64,000 bases of DNA, taken from positions 544,001 to 608,000 of the forward strand of contig CAWGAA010000001.1 of NCBI GenBank assembly GCA_963820525.1, in the 5' to 3' direction. The notes under the pieces were generated by a model that was given only the letters and a program-made list of their open reading frames with translations, had not been told where the DNA came from and searched no databases. The translations under genes and the position numbers were made by a program. Of the stretch, positions 1 through 7,585 are shown in pieces (positions within the stretch are counted from its first letter, which is position 1; every line of letters begins with the position of its first letter). The stretch comes from an uncultured Spirochaetota bacterium. GTDB lineage: Bacteria > Spirochaetota > Spirochaetia > SZUA-6 > Fen-1364.

Positions 1-69
1 GCAGGCGCCGATGATCAGCAGCACCCAGAGGACCAACCGCGAAAGAGCCCGGGAAGCAACCGCAGTCAT
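1..69 (-). CDS. Carbohydrate ABC transporter permease, N-terminus only (runs off window)
   Basis: ATG at 69 overlaps the upstream permease stop (TGATG); reads MTAVASRALSRLVLWVLLIIGAC, a hydrophobic first TM helix. Confidence 0.7.
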   Translation of the reverse strand, partial: MTAVASRALSRLVLWVLLIIGAC

Positions 70-956
70 CACTCCCTCCCTCCCAAGAGCTTGATCTGGA
101 TATAGGCGAATATCCCCGCGATGACCACGATCACGTAGGAGAGAGCGGTGGCATAGCCGAAGTCGGAGTTCATGACAAAGGCCTGACGATAGGTGTAGAG
201 GGCCGCCGTCATCGTCGCGTTGGCGGGCCCACCCTGGTTGGTGAGGATGTTGGGCTCGTCGAACAGCTGCATTGTCCCGCTGGTTGATGTCACGGCGGAG
301 AAGAGGACCACAGGAATGAGCAGGGGCAGGGTTATCGAGAAGAACTTCCGGGCCGGGCTCGCCCCATCAATGTCTGAGGCCTCGAAGATGTCGGGGTCTA
401 TGCTCTGAAGCCCCACAAGGAAGAAGACCATGTTGTAGCCGGTCCACCGCCACGTGAGGGCCATGATGATCGTCACCTTGGCCCAGAAGGGATCGTTCAG
501 CCACGCAATGGGCTTGGTGATGAGATCGAAGCTGAGGAAGAGGTTGTTGAGCAGGCCGTTGGTCTGGAGGATCATCCTGAAGAGCACCGAATAGGCGACA
601 AGCGAGGTGACGCAGGGCAGAAAGAAGATCACCCGGAACGTTCCCCGGTACTTCTTGATGCCCTGGTTGAGGATAACCGCCAGGATGAGCGCGAGCATGA
701 CCATGATGGGAATCTGGACGAGCATGAAGATGAAGTTATGGCTCAACGCCTGCCAGAAGATGCTGTCGCGCGACATCCTAATGAAGTTGCCCAGGCCGAT
801 GTACCTGTTGTTGAACCCCTGCCACTTTCGCGTGACATAGTACAGCGAGGACAGGATGGGATAAAGCATAAAGAGGCAATACATGATGATCGCCGGCAGG
901 ACATACAGCCAGCCCACACGATTCAGGTACCGGTAGAATGCACCGCTTCTGTTCAC
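69..956 (-). CDS. Carbohydrate ABC transporter permease (MalF/LacF-like)
   Basis: Multiple TM helices, EAA loop (FEASDIDGASPARKFFSITLPLL); GTG start at 956 preceded by GAGGAG. Confidence 0.9.
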   Translation of the reverse strand: MNRSGAFYRYLNRVGWLYVLPAIIMYCLFMLYPILSSLYYVTRKWQGFNNRYIGLGNFIRMSRDSIFWQALSHNFIFMLVQIPIMVMLALILAVILNQGIKKYRGTFRVIFFLPCVTSLVAYSVLFRMILQTNGLLNNLFLSFDLITKPIAWLNDPFWAKVTIIMALTWRWTGYNMVFFLVGLQSIDPDIFEASDIDGASPARKFFSITLPLLIPVVLFSAVTSTSGTMQLFDEPNILTNQGGPANATMTAALYTYRQAFVMNSDFGYATALSYVIVVIAGIFAYIQIKLLGGRE

Positions 957-986
957 GTAACGCTCCTCGAAATTTTCCGGGACGGC

Positions 987-1022
987 AAAAAAAACTTCCG
1001 CCCCGTAAGGGGCGGAAGTTTT
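987..1022 (-). terminator. Intercistronic intrinsic terminator/stabilising hairpin after the binding-protein gene
   Basis: Perfect stem AAAACTTCCGCCCC-TTAC-GGGGCGGAAGTTTT followed by a T8 run on the minus strand. Confidence 0.85.
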
Positions 1023-1036
1023 CACGACTCATGGAA

Positions 1037-2323
1037 TTACTGACCCGTGGTCTGCTTGTACTCCTGTTCGGCATGGGCGATGGCATCGTCCACGCTCTTC
1101 AGGTCTCCCTTGAACATCAAGAGGATCGCGTTTCTAAGTGTATCCCGCATGGGTTGATAATTGGGGGTGTACATGAGGACGGGGACCTTCTCCATCCAGG
1201 CCGCGAAGTCCTTGAAGACGGGCTGGCTCTTGTAGAAGAACTCGTCGGGTGCCGTGTAGTTGGACCCGGTCCTGCTGGGCAGGTAGGTGCCCATGGCGCC
1301 CGCGCCCTTGAGAATGATGTTGTAGAACTGGAGGGCATCGGGCTTGCTGCTGGCCCAGGTGTTCTTGAGGAAGTCGATCGCCAAAGCCTTGTTGGGGCTT
1401 GAGGCGAAGACGTACCAGCTGGACCCGCCGTTGTTGCTCGCGTTCTGCGCGCCCGGCACGCCTTCCAGAAGCGGGGTCGGGACAACCATCCAGTCGCCCG
1501 CGTTGGCGGGCTGGGACTTCAACGTAGCAATGATCCACAGCGCGTTGAGGAATCCGACCGTGTCGCCGCCGTTGAAGGAAGCGATCCAGTTGTTCCAGCC
1601 CTCAGTCGGGTAGAGCAGCCCCTTGTCGTTCAGGTCTTTCAGGATGGCGAGGGACTTCATCATTGCGGGGGTGCGGAAGTTCAGCGACCCGTCCGGCTTG
1701 AAGAACTGGGTGCCGGTGGACTGCACCATGATCCGCAGGAAATCGAAGCTGGTAGTGTCGTAGGCGATGAGGGGTTTCGCGATCTTGGCCTTGAGCTGGA
1801 CTCCCAGGTTGGTCATCTGGGTCCATGTCATGTTCTTCTTATAGGAGTCGGGGTTGAGGCCCGCGGACTTTATCATGTCGGCGCGCAGCCAGAATCCCGT
1901 GGAGCCCGTATCGAACGGAATGCCGTAGATCTTGCCCTTCTCGCTCATGGGCCCGACCTTATACTGGGCGAACTTCGAATAGTCCACGCCGGCGGCCTTC
2001 AGGTCCACGAACGCGCCGGGGTAGTTCTGAATGAACTTTTCGATGCTGAAATCCTGGATGAGGACGATGTCGGGAAGTCCCGCGCCTCCCGCCTGCAGGC
2101 CCGCCTCCATCTTTCCCTCAATGTTCTCGGGGATGTCGACGACCTGGATGGTCACGTCGGGGCGGATCTTGTTATAGACCTTGACTGCCTCTTTCATGGA
2201 GAACCCGTTGAAGTTGGGGTCCCAGCACCAGATAGTCACCGTCTTTGCGTCAGCCGCCATCACGCTCGGCACGAAAATGACGATGGCGAGCACCACCACG
2301 AAAGCCAGAATGACTCTCTTCAT
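1037..2323 (-). CDS. Sugar ABC transporter substrate-binding protein (family 1)
   Basis: Signal peptide MKRVILAFVVVLA..., TIWCWDPNFN, LPDIVLIQD, YGIPFD, NGGSSW motifs; GAGGAGG SD. Confidence 0.9.
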   Translation of the reverse strand: MKRVILAFVVVLAIVIFVPSVMAADAKTVTIWCWDPNFNGFSMKEAVKVYNKIRPDVTIQVVDIPENIEGKMEAGLQAGGAGLPDIVLIQDFSIEKFIQNYPGAFVDLKAAGVDYSKFAQYKVGPMSEKGKIYGIPFDTGSTGFWLRADMIKSAGLNPDSYKKNMTWTQMTNLGVQLKAKIAKPLIAYDTTSFDFLRIMVQSTGTQFFKPDGSLNFRTPAMMKSLAILKDLNDKGLLYPTEGWNNWIASFNGGDTVGFLNALWIIATLKSQPANAGDWMVVPTPLLEGVPGAQNASNNGGSSWYVFASSPNKALAIDFLKNTWASSKPDALQFYNIILKGAGAMGTYLPSRTGSNYTAPDEFFYKSQPVFKDFAAWMEKVPVLMYTPNYQPMRDTLRNAILLMFKGDLKSVDDAIAHAEQEYKQTTGQ

Positions 2324-2363
2324 AATGCCTCCTCTCGACAGATGAATTGGAAAGCCGTCGTTT

Positions 2364-2391
2364 ATTATAGCCTCGCCGATGTACCTGTCAA
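2364..2391 (-). promoter_or_regulatory. Sigma70 promoter of the sugar ABC operon
   Basis: Consensus TTGACA-N16-TATAAT upstream of the SBP start. Confidence 0.8.
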
Positions 2392-2444
2392 GGAGAACCT
2401 CCAATTCGCCAAGCGGGGAAGGGCTCCAGAAGCTGCCGAAACGT

Positions 2445-2474
2445 TTGCAGAAACGGCATTCCGGCCAGTACATT
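2445..2474 (+). promoter_or_regulatory. Putative sigma70 promoter of ligD
   Basis: TTGCAG-N18-TACATT, 12 nt upstream of ATG 2487. Confidence 0.45.
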
Positions 2475-2486
2475 GGGATCAAACGC

Positions 2487-4553
2487 ATGGGACAAGAGGC
2501 GTACAGGAAAAAAAGGGACTTCAGCGCGACTCCGGAGCCGCCGCCGGCCTCGGAAACCCTTCAGGCAGGGAGGTTCGCGGGAAGCTCATTCGTCGTTCAT
2601 CGCCATGAAGCCCGAAGGCTCCACTACGACCTTCGGATCAGGGCGGGAGATGCCCTCGCCTGCTGGGCGGTCCCCAAGGGGTTCTCCTATGACCCGGCCG
2701 ACAAGAGGCTCGCCGTGAGGACCGAGGACCACCCGCTGGAGTACGAGAGCTTCCACGGGGTCATCCCCCGCGGCCAGTATGGAGCCGGAACCATGCAGAT
2801 CTGGGACTCTGGCGATTACCGGCTGGTAAAGGGGCGGGACATCATGGAAGCGCTCGAAAAGGGGGAGCTGAAGCTCGAGCTGAAGGGCCGCCGCCTGCGG
2901 GGAGAGTGGCACCTCGTCAGGACCCGGGGAGAAGAAGGCAAGGAATGGCTCCTGTTCAAGGCAAAAGACCGCTACGCCGGGTCCGGGAGCGACCTGTTCG
3001 GCGCAGTCGACATGGGCCGCGCCCGCCGCAAGCCCCCTCCCCCGCGGCCCGGCTTGATGGAGCCGTCCCCGGGGCACGCCTTGTTCTCAGACCCGGACTG
3101 GATGTTCGAGACGAGCTTCACGGGAAGGCGAGTGGCGATCTCGGTTAGCGAAACTCAAGTGAGCATTCGTTCGACGAAAACGGATCTGGCGCCGCTTTTG
3201 CCCGCGATCGTGCATGACCTGGGCGGGCTTCGCTCCCAGAGGGCGATCCTCGACGGAGCTCTGGTCGCCCTCGACGCGAAGGGCGTGCCCTCCGCGAGGG
3301 CGCTGGAAGAACAGTTGAAGGCCGGGGGGAATGGCATCGTTCTGTATGTCTTCGACGTGCTCTACGTGGAGGAGTGGGACGTGCGCCCGCTCCCCCTGAG
3401 AGAGAGGAAGGCTCTCCTTCTGGCCCTGCTTCCGGAGCGGAATCGCGTTCTCCGCGTGGACCCCGTCCCCGAGCACGGGGAAGCCCTCGCCGAGGCGGCC
3501 TCCAGGGCCGGGCTTTCCGAAATCGTGGCCAAGAGATCGGAAAGCTCCTACCGCGCCGGGCCTTCGGACGACTGGCGCCTGATCGATGTCCGTCGGGCGG
3601 CGGGCGCCCGCGGCGCCGGGCGAAAGCGTACGAATGCGATCGTTCGGGTGACCAACCCCCGAAAGGTGTATTGGCCCGAGCAAGGCTATACCAAGGCGGA
3701 TCTCGTGGCCTTCTACGACGGGGTGGCGGACGTGCTCCTCCCCTATCTGAAGGACAGGCCGCTGCACCTGTATCGCTGGCCCGATGGGGTTCGGGGGAAA
3801 TCCTTCTACCAGAAGCAGCTCCCGGCCGGGCTCCCGGACTGGGTGGAGACGGCGAACGTCGCCCCAGCCGGGGAGAAGCCAATCTCCTACATCGTTTGCG
3901 GGGACCGGCGGACGCTTCTCACTCTCATCAACCTGGGGAGCATCGACCTGCACCCCTGGCTTTCGCGAAGGGGGAGCCTCGATTCCCCGGATTGGGCGGT
4001 CCTCGACCTGGATCCCAAGGACGCCCCCTTTGCCAGCGTCGTGAAGATCGCGCGGGAAACCGGAAAGCTCCTGCGGGGGCTCGGGCTTGAGCCGTACCTC
4101 AAGACATCGGGCTCCACGGGGCTGCACGTCTTCATCCCGCTCGCGCCGGGCTACACCTACGATCAGAGCCGGATGTTCTCGGAGGCAGTGGCGCGGCTTG
4201 TGGTTCGCGATCACGGCGACATCGCCACAGTCGAGCGCGTCGTCGGCCGGCGCGGCGGGAAGGTCTACATCGATTTCCTCCAGAACCGCAGGGAGCAGAC
4301 AATCGTCCCGCCGTACGTTGTGCGCCCCGTCGAGGCGGCAACCGTTTCGATGCCGCTCGCATGGGACGAGCTGGAAGAGGACGTGAGCCTTCGTGACTAC
4401 ACCGTGGCGTCCGCTCGCACGCGCATTGCGAAAGTGGGGGATCTGTTCAGCGCCGCCCTCAGCCGGCCGCAGGATCTTTCCCCGGCCATCGAAGCCCTGG
4501 GGGGCTACCTCAATCCAACTGGTCCTCGGCGGAAGGCTCCTGCAGCAACCTGA
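2487..4553 (+). CDS. ligD: LigD-like NHEJ end-processing protein: 3'-phosphoesterase + degenerate ligase domain + primase/polymerase
   Basis: PE motifs YRKKRDF..TPEP, HEARRLHYDLR, WAVPKG, EDHPLEY, YGAG; POL motifs TNPRKV, YTKADL, RWPDG, FYQK, DLDP, KTSGSTGLHV, YIDFLQN; central ligase-like domain lacks catalytic residues. Confidence 0.9.
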   Translation: MGQEAYRKKRDFSATPEPPPASETLQAGRFAGSSFVVHRHEARRLHYDLRIRAGDALACWAVPKGFSYDPADKRLAVRTEDHPLEYESFHGVIPRGQYGAGTMQIWDSGDYRLVKGRDIMEALEKGELKLELKGRRLRGEWHLVRTRGEEGKEWLLFKAKDRYAGSGSDLFGAVDMGRARRKPPPPRPGLMEPSPGHALFSDPDWMFETSFTGRRVAISVSETQVSIRSTKTDLAPLLPAIVHDLGGLRSQRAILDGALVALDAKGVPSARALEEQLKAGGNGIVLYVFDVLYVEEWDVRPLPLRERKALLLALLPERNRVLRVDPVPEHGEALAEAASRAGLSEIVAKRSESSYRAGPSDDWRLIDVRRAAGARGAGRKRTNAIVRVTNPRKVYWPEQGYTKADLVAFYDGVADVLLPYLKDRPLHLYRWPDGVRGKSFYQKQLPAGLPDWVETANVAPAGEKPISYIVCGDRRTLLTLINLGSIDLHPWLSRRGSLDSPDWAVLDLDPKDAPFASVVKIARETGKLLRGLGLEPYLKTSGSTGLHVFIPLAPGYTYDQSRMFSEAVARLVVRDHGDIATVERVVGRRGGKVYIDFLQNRREQTIVPPYVVRPVEAATVSMPLAWDELEEDVSLRDYTVASARTRIAKVGDLFSAALSRPQDLSPAIEALGGYLNPTGPRRKAPAAT

Positions 4554-5661
4554 GCCTTCTTGAGTCAGGAAAGGACCTGTCGAACGCGCCCCGGTGGGCA
4601 AGCGCTTCCCCGTGACGGCCGAGACGCTCCAGGATAGTGGCGAGATTGCAGTGGGCATCCGGGTAGTCCGGCTCCAGAGAAATCGCCATCTCGTATGCCG
4701 AAACCGCATCGCCGGGCTTGTTCACCGCGGCGAGCGCATTGCCCAGATTGTTCCACGCTTCGGCGAACTCGCCGTCGGCCTCGATGGCCCGCATGTAGTT
4801 CGCCGCTGCTTCCGCCTCACGGCCGAGCCCGTAGAGCACGTTCCCCAGGTTGAACCAGGTTTCGGGATCCGGGGAGACCTCCAGCGCGCGGCCGTACGCA
4901 GCAGCGGCAGACTCCAGATCGCCCCGTTCCTCTGCCTCCACCCCGGCGGCAAACCATCGGCGCGAGTCCTGTTCTCCCGGAAAGGCGGCGATACGAGGGG
5001 AGCTCCCGCTTTCGTCTTCCCAGTCCAACAGCAGCTGCCCGTTGGGCTCGGCCCAGCCGCCGTTTGACAGCCGCACGCGCAGGCCGCGGTCATAGGCATC
5101 CAGGCGCGCGATCATCCTCTGCGCCTCGGGAAGCCAGCGGGCTATCTCTTCGAGGCTCATTCGGATGCGGGAAGCGGGGATCCCGCAAGCGGCAAGCCTG
5201 CTCAGGCCGCGGGCGCGTACGATGTCGGTGAACCCGAACCAGGCCAGCCGCCGCGCCACCCGGGCGGGTTTCAGAAGCCCATGGCGGAGCCATGACCGCA
5301 CCTCGGAGAGCGGCGCTCCGACGATCCGGCTCACCTGTTCTACCGTGTACAGGCGGGTGAAGTCCTCCAGCTCCTCCTCCGCCCCCAGAGCCCTGAGAAA
5401 CTCGGGCTCCTCGATCAGGCGGATTCGGGCGCCTTTCGTCGTGAGCTCCCGGCAGCGCGCCAGGTTTTCCGTGAGGCCTCCGTCCCCGGAGAGCGGGCCC
5501 TGCGCCTGGCCGACGACGAGCACCTGCGTTGAGGCACCGGGCGTACGAACATAGCGTCCTCCCGCGCCGGCTATCCGATCGATCGCCTCCATCCTGGTCA
5601 TCGAGACCAGACGGCCGGTGAGCGCCACCTCCATGCCGGCGAAAGACGAGCTCCCTGCCAT
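4510..5661 (-). CDS. BRCT + MerR-type HTH + TPR repeat protein
   Basis: N-terminal LigA-type BRCT (FAGMEVALTGRLVSMTRMEA..AGG..TQVLVVG..IEEPEFL); MerR HTH (LYTVEQVSRIVG..VRSWLRHGLLKP); C-terminal TPRs (WFNLGNVL, AWNNLGNAL, AHCNLA). Confidence 0.85.
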   Translation of the reverse strand: MAGSSSFAGMEVALTGRLVSMTRMEAIDRIAGAGGRYVRTPGASTQVLVVGQAQGPLSGDGGLTENLARCRELTTKGARIRLIEEPEFLRALGAEEELEDFTRLYTVEQVSRIVGAPLSEVRSWLRHGLLKPARVARRLAWFGFTDIVRARGLSRLAACGIPASRIRMSLEEIARWLPEAQRMIARLDAYDRGLRVRLSNGGWAEPNGQLLLDWEDESGSSPRIAAFPGEQDSRRWFAAGVEAEERGDLESAAAAYGRALEVSPDPETWFNLGNVLYGLGREAEAAANYMRAIEADGEFAEAWNNLGNALAAVNKPGDAVSAYEMAISLEPDYPDAHCNLATILERLGRHGEALAHRGAFDRSFPDSRRLRLLQEPSAEDQLD

Positions 5662-5665
5662 ATGT

Positions 5666-6562
5666 CTATGATTCTATCAGCTCTTCGAACACCGGGAAAC
5701 GGAAAAGCCCGTCATTGGTGAGCTCGGCAAAGCTCACGGTGCAATACACGCCGGGCTCGATCCATAGAGCCCTATCCCGGCATGCCACAATCGGTGCGTC
5801 GCGTGGGCGCTCCCGCATCCTGGCGTTGAGCCTCGCCCTCGCGGCCTTCGAGAAACCGCTTCCGACCCTGCCGAGGTAACGCAGAGCTCCATCCCCTCCG
5901 CCTGAAAGCCCGCTGCCGGCCACCAGGATGCTCTGGAAGTCCTCTTTGCCTTTCTCCATGAATCCGATGACGGCGACGGCGGCCCGAAGCCGCTTCTTGA
6001 TCTTGACCCAGGCCCCATTTCGCTTTCCCGGGGCGTACGTGCTTGAAAGCTTCTTGGCCACGACCCCTTCGAGGCCGAGCCCGCAGGCTTTGTCGTAGAG
6101 GGCCAGGCCGTCCGAGCGCACGCCCTCTGAAAGCAGGAGGGGCTGGAAGCGCGAGCCGCCGATGAGCTCCTCGAGGCGTGCACGCCGCTCAAGAAAGGGC
6201 AGATCCGTCAGGGATTCGTATGCCATGTAGATGACGTCGAACGCGATGAAGCTGAGCGGAGCGTGCCGCGCCTGCCGCGTCCGCCTGAGGACCAGGCCGA
6301 GGTCCGGCCTTCCGTCATGAAAAGCGACGATTTCTCCGTCCAGAACGAGCCCCTCCGGCAGGCCCGCAAGGCAATCCAGCTCCGGGTATCGCTCGCTTAT
6401 TTCCCCGCCGTTCCTGCTCACGATCCGACGCCTTCCATGCTCGATCATGGCAAGGGCGCGGATGCCGTCCCACTTAATCTCGAAGAAATGTTCGCCGGAA
6501 TCGAAGGGCTCGCCCAGAACGGCAAGCATCGGCGGGATGAAGCGGGGAAGCTCTCTAGCCAA
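5666..6562 (-). CDS. Stand-alone ATP-dependent DNA ligase (LigD-ligase/LigC-like)
   Basis: PMLA, motif I EIKWDGIR, III LDGEIV, IIIa FDVIY, IV GLEGVVAK, V WVKIK, OB domain GRVGSGF..FRFPVF; probable TTG start at 6562 behind GAGGA, overlapping the Ku stop. Confidence 0.9.
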   Translation of the reverse strand: MARELPRFIPPMLAVLGEPFDSGEHFFEIKWDGIRALAMIEHGRRRIVSRNGGEISERYPELDCLAGLPEGLVLDGEIVAFHDGRPDLGLVLRRTRQARHAPLSFIAFDVIYMAYESLTDLPFLERRARLEELIGGSRFQPLLLSEGVRSDGLALYDKACGLGLEGVVAKKLSSTYAPGKRNGAWVKIKKRLRAAVAVIGFMEKGKEDFQSILVAGSGLSGGGDGALRYLGRVGSGFSKAARARLNARMRERPRDAPIVACRDRALWIEPGVYCTVSFAELTNDGLFRFPVFEELIES

Positions 6563-7448
6563 CTTTCCTCTTCTTGGCCGCGGCCTTTCCCGGCTTCGTG
6601 CTGGGCGCCTGTTTGAGCCTGGCCTTCGCCTGACCATCGGCGTTGTCCGCAATTGCCGGGTTGGCGGCCTGCGCCTCCGCCACGCTGCGCTTCAGGGCTT
6701 CCATCAGGTTGATGATCTTGGGCTCCTCGGGCTCGCGCACCTGGACGATCTCCTTGCCTTCGATCTTCAACTGGATCAGCTTGGTGAGCTTTTCCTTGTA
6801 GACATCCTTGTAGCGGGCAAAGTCGAACTCCTTGATCACCGAGGCCTTGATCAGCGTGTCGGTGAGCGAGATCTCGGCGTCGGTCGTCTCGCTGTCCTTG
6901 ATCTCGTCCGTGAACGCGGAGGCCTGCTTGACCTCGTCATGCCGGATGAGCACGGTCATCGATAGCACGCCGTCGATCGGGCGCAGGATCACGACCTGCT
7001 CCTTTCCCGCGATCACCACCTCTGCGATGGCGCTCATGCCATTGGCCTGCATGCCCTGCATCAAGAGCTTGTAAGGCTTCTGCCCCACCGGGCCGTCCGG
7101 AGTCACGAAGTATGTGCGGCCCGCGTAGTACAGGGGGGACAGGCTTTCCGGCGGGATGAAGCCGTCGATGCGGATGGATTTGTCGCTTTCCGTTCGAAGC
7201 TTGTCCAGCTCATCGTCATTGATGATGACGTACTGGCCCTTGTCGTACTCGTAGCCCTTGACGATCTCGTCGTTTCCAACCTCACCGACTTCCGGCGCGA
7301 ACTTCTTGTACTGGATGCGCGTCATCGTCTTGGAGTGCAGCTGATGCAGAGTGAGGTCGTTTCCCGATGACGTGGCCGTGTATGCCTTGACCGGCACTGA
7401 AACCAGGCTCAGCTTGAGGAATCCCTTCCAGCTTGCGTGAGCAGCCAT
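6555..7448 (-). CDS. ku: Non-homologous end-joining protein Ku
   Basis: WKGFLKLSLVSVPVKAYTAT, IVKGYEY, INLMEALKRSV, basic Lys-rich C-terminal tail. Confidence 0.97.
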   Translation of the reverse strand: MAAHASWKGFLKLSLVSVPVKAYTATSSGNDLTLHQLHSKTMTRIQYKKFAPEVGEVGNDEIVKGYEYDKGQYVIINDDELDKLRTESDKSIRIDGFIPPESLSPLYYAGRTYFVTPDGPVGQKPYKLLMQGMQANGMSAIAEVVIAGKEQVVILRPIDGVLSMTVLIRHDEVKQASAFTDEIKDSETTDAEISLTDTLIKASVIKEFDFARYKDVYKEKLTKLIQLKIEGKEIVQVREPEEPKIINLMEALKRSVAEAQAANPAIADNADGQAKARLKQAPSTKPGKAAAKKRKVG

Positions 7449-7537
7449 CGCTCGCCTCCCCCCGCGCGCCCCGCCATCTGCGCAAGGCCGGGAGGGCCAG
7501 CTCTGCGGCGGCCGCGTACTCCCCTTCCCAGTAAGCT

Positions 7538-7566
7538 AAGCTACGAAGCGCGGCATCGGGAGTCAA
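7538..7566 (-). promoter_or_regulatory. Putative sigma70 promoter of the ku-ligase-BRCT operon
   Basis: TTGACT-N17-TAGCTT. Confidence 0.6.
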
Positions 7567-7585
7567 GTCGCGGCGGTTCGGGAGC

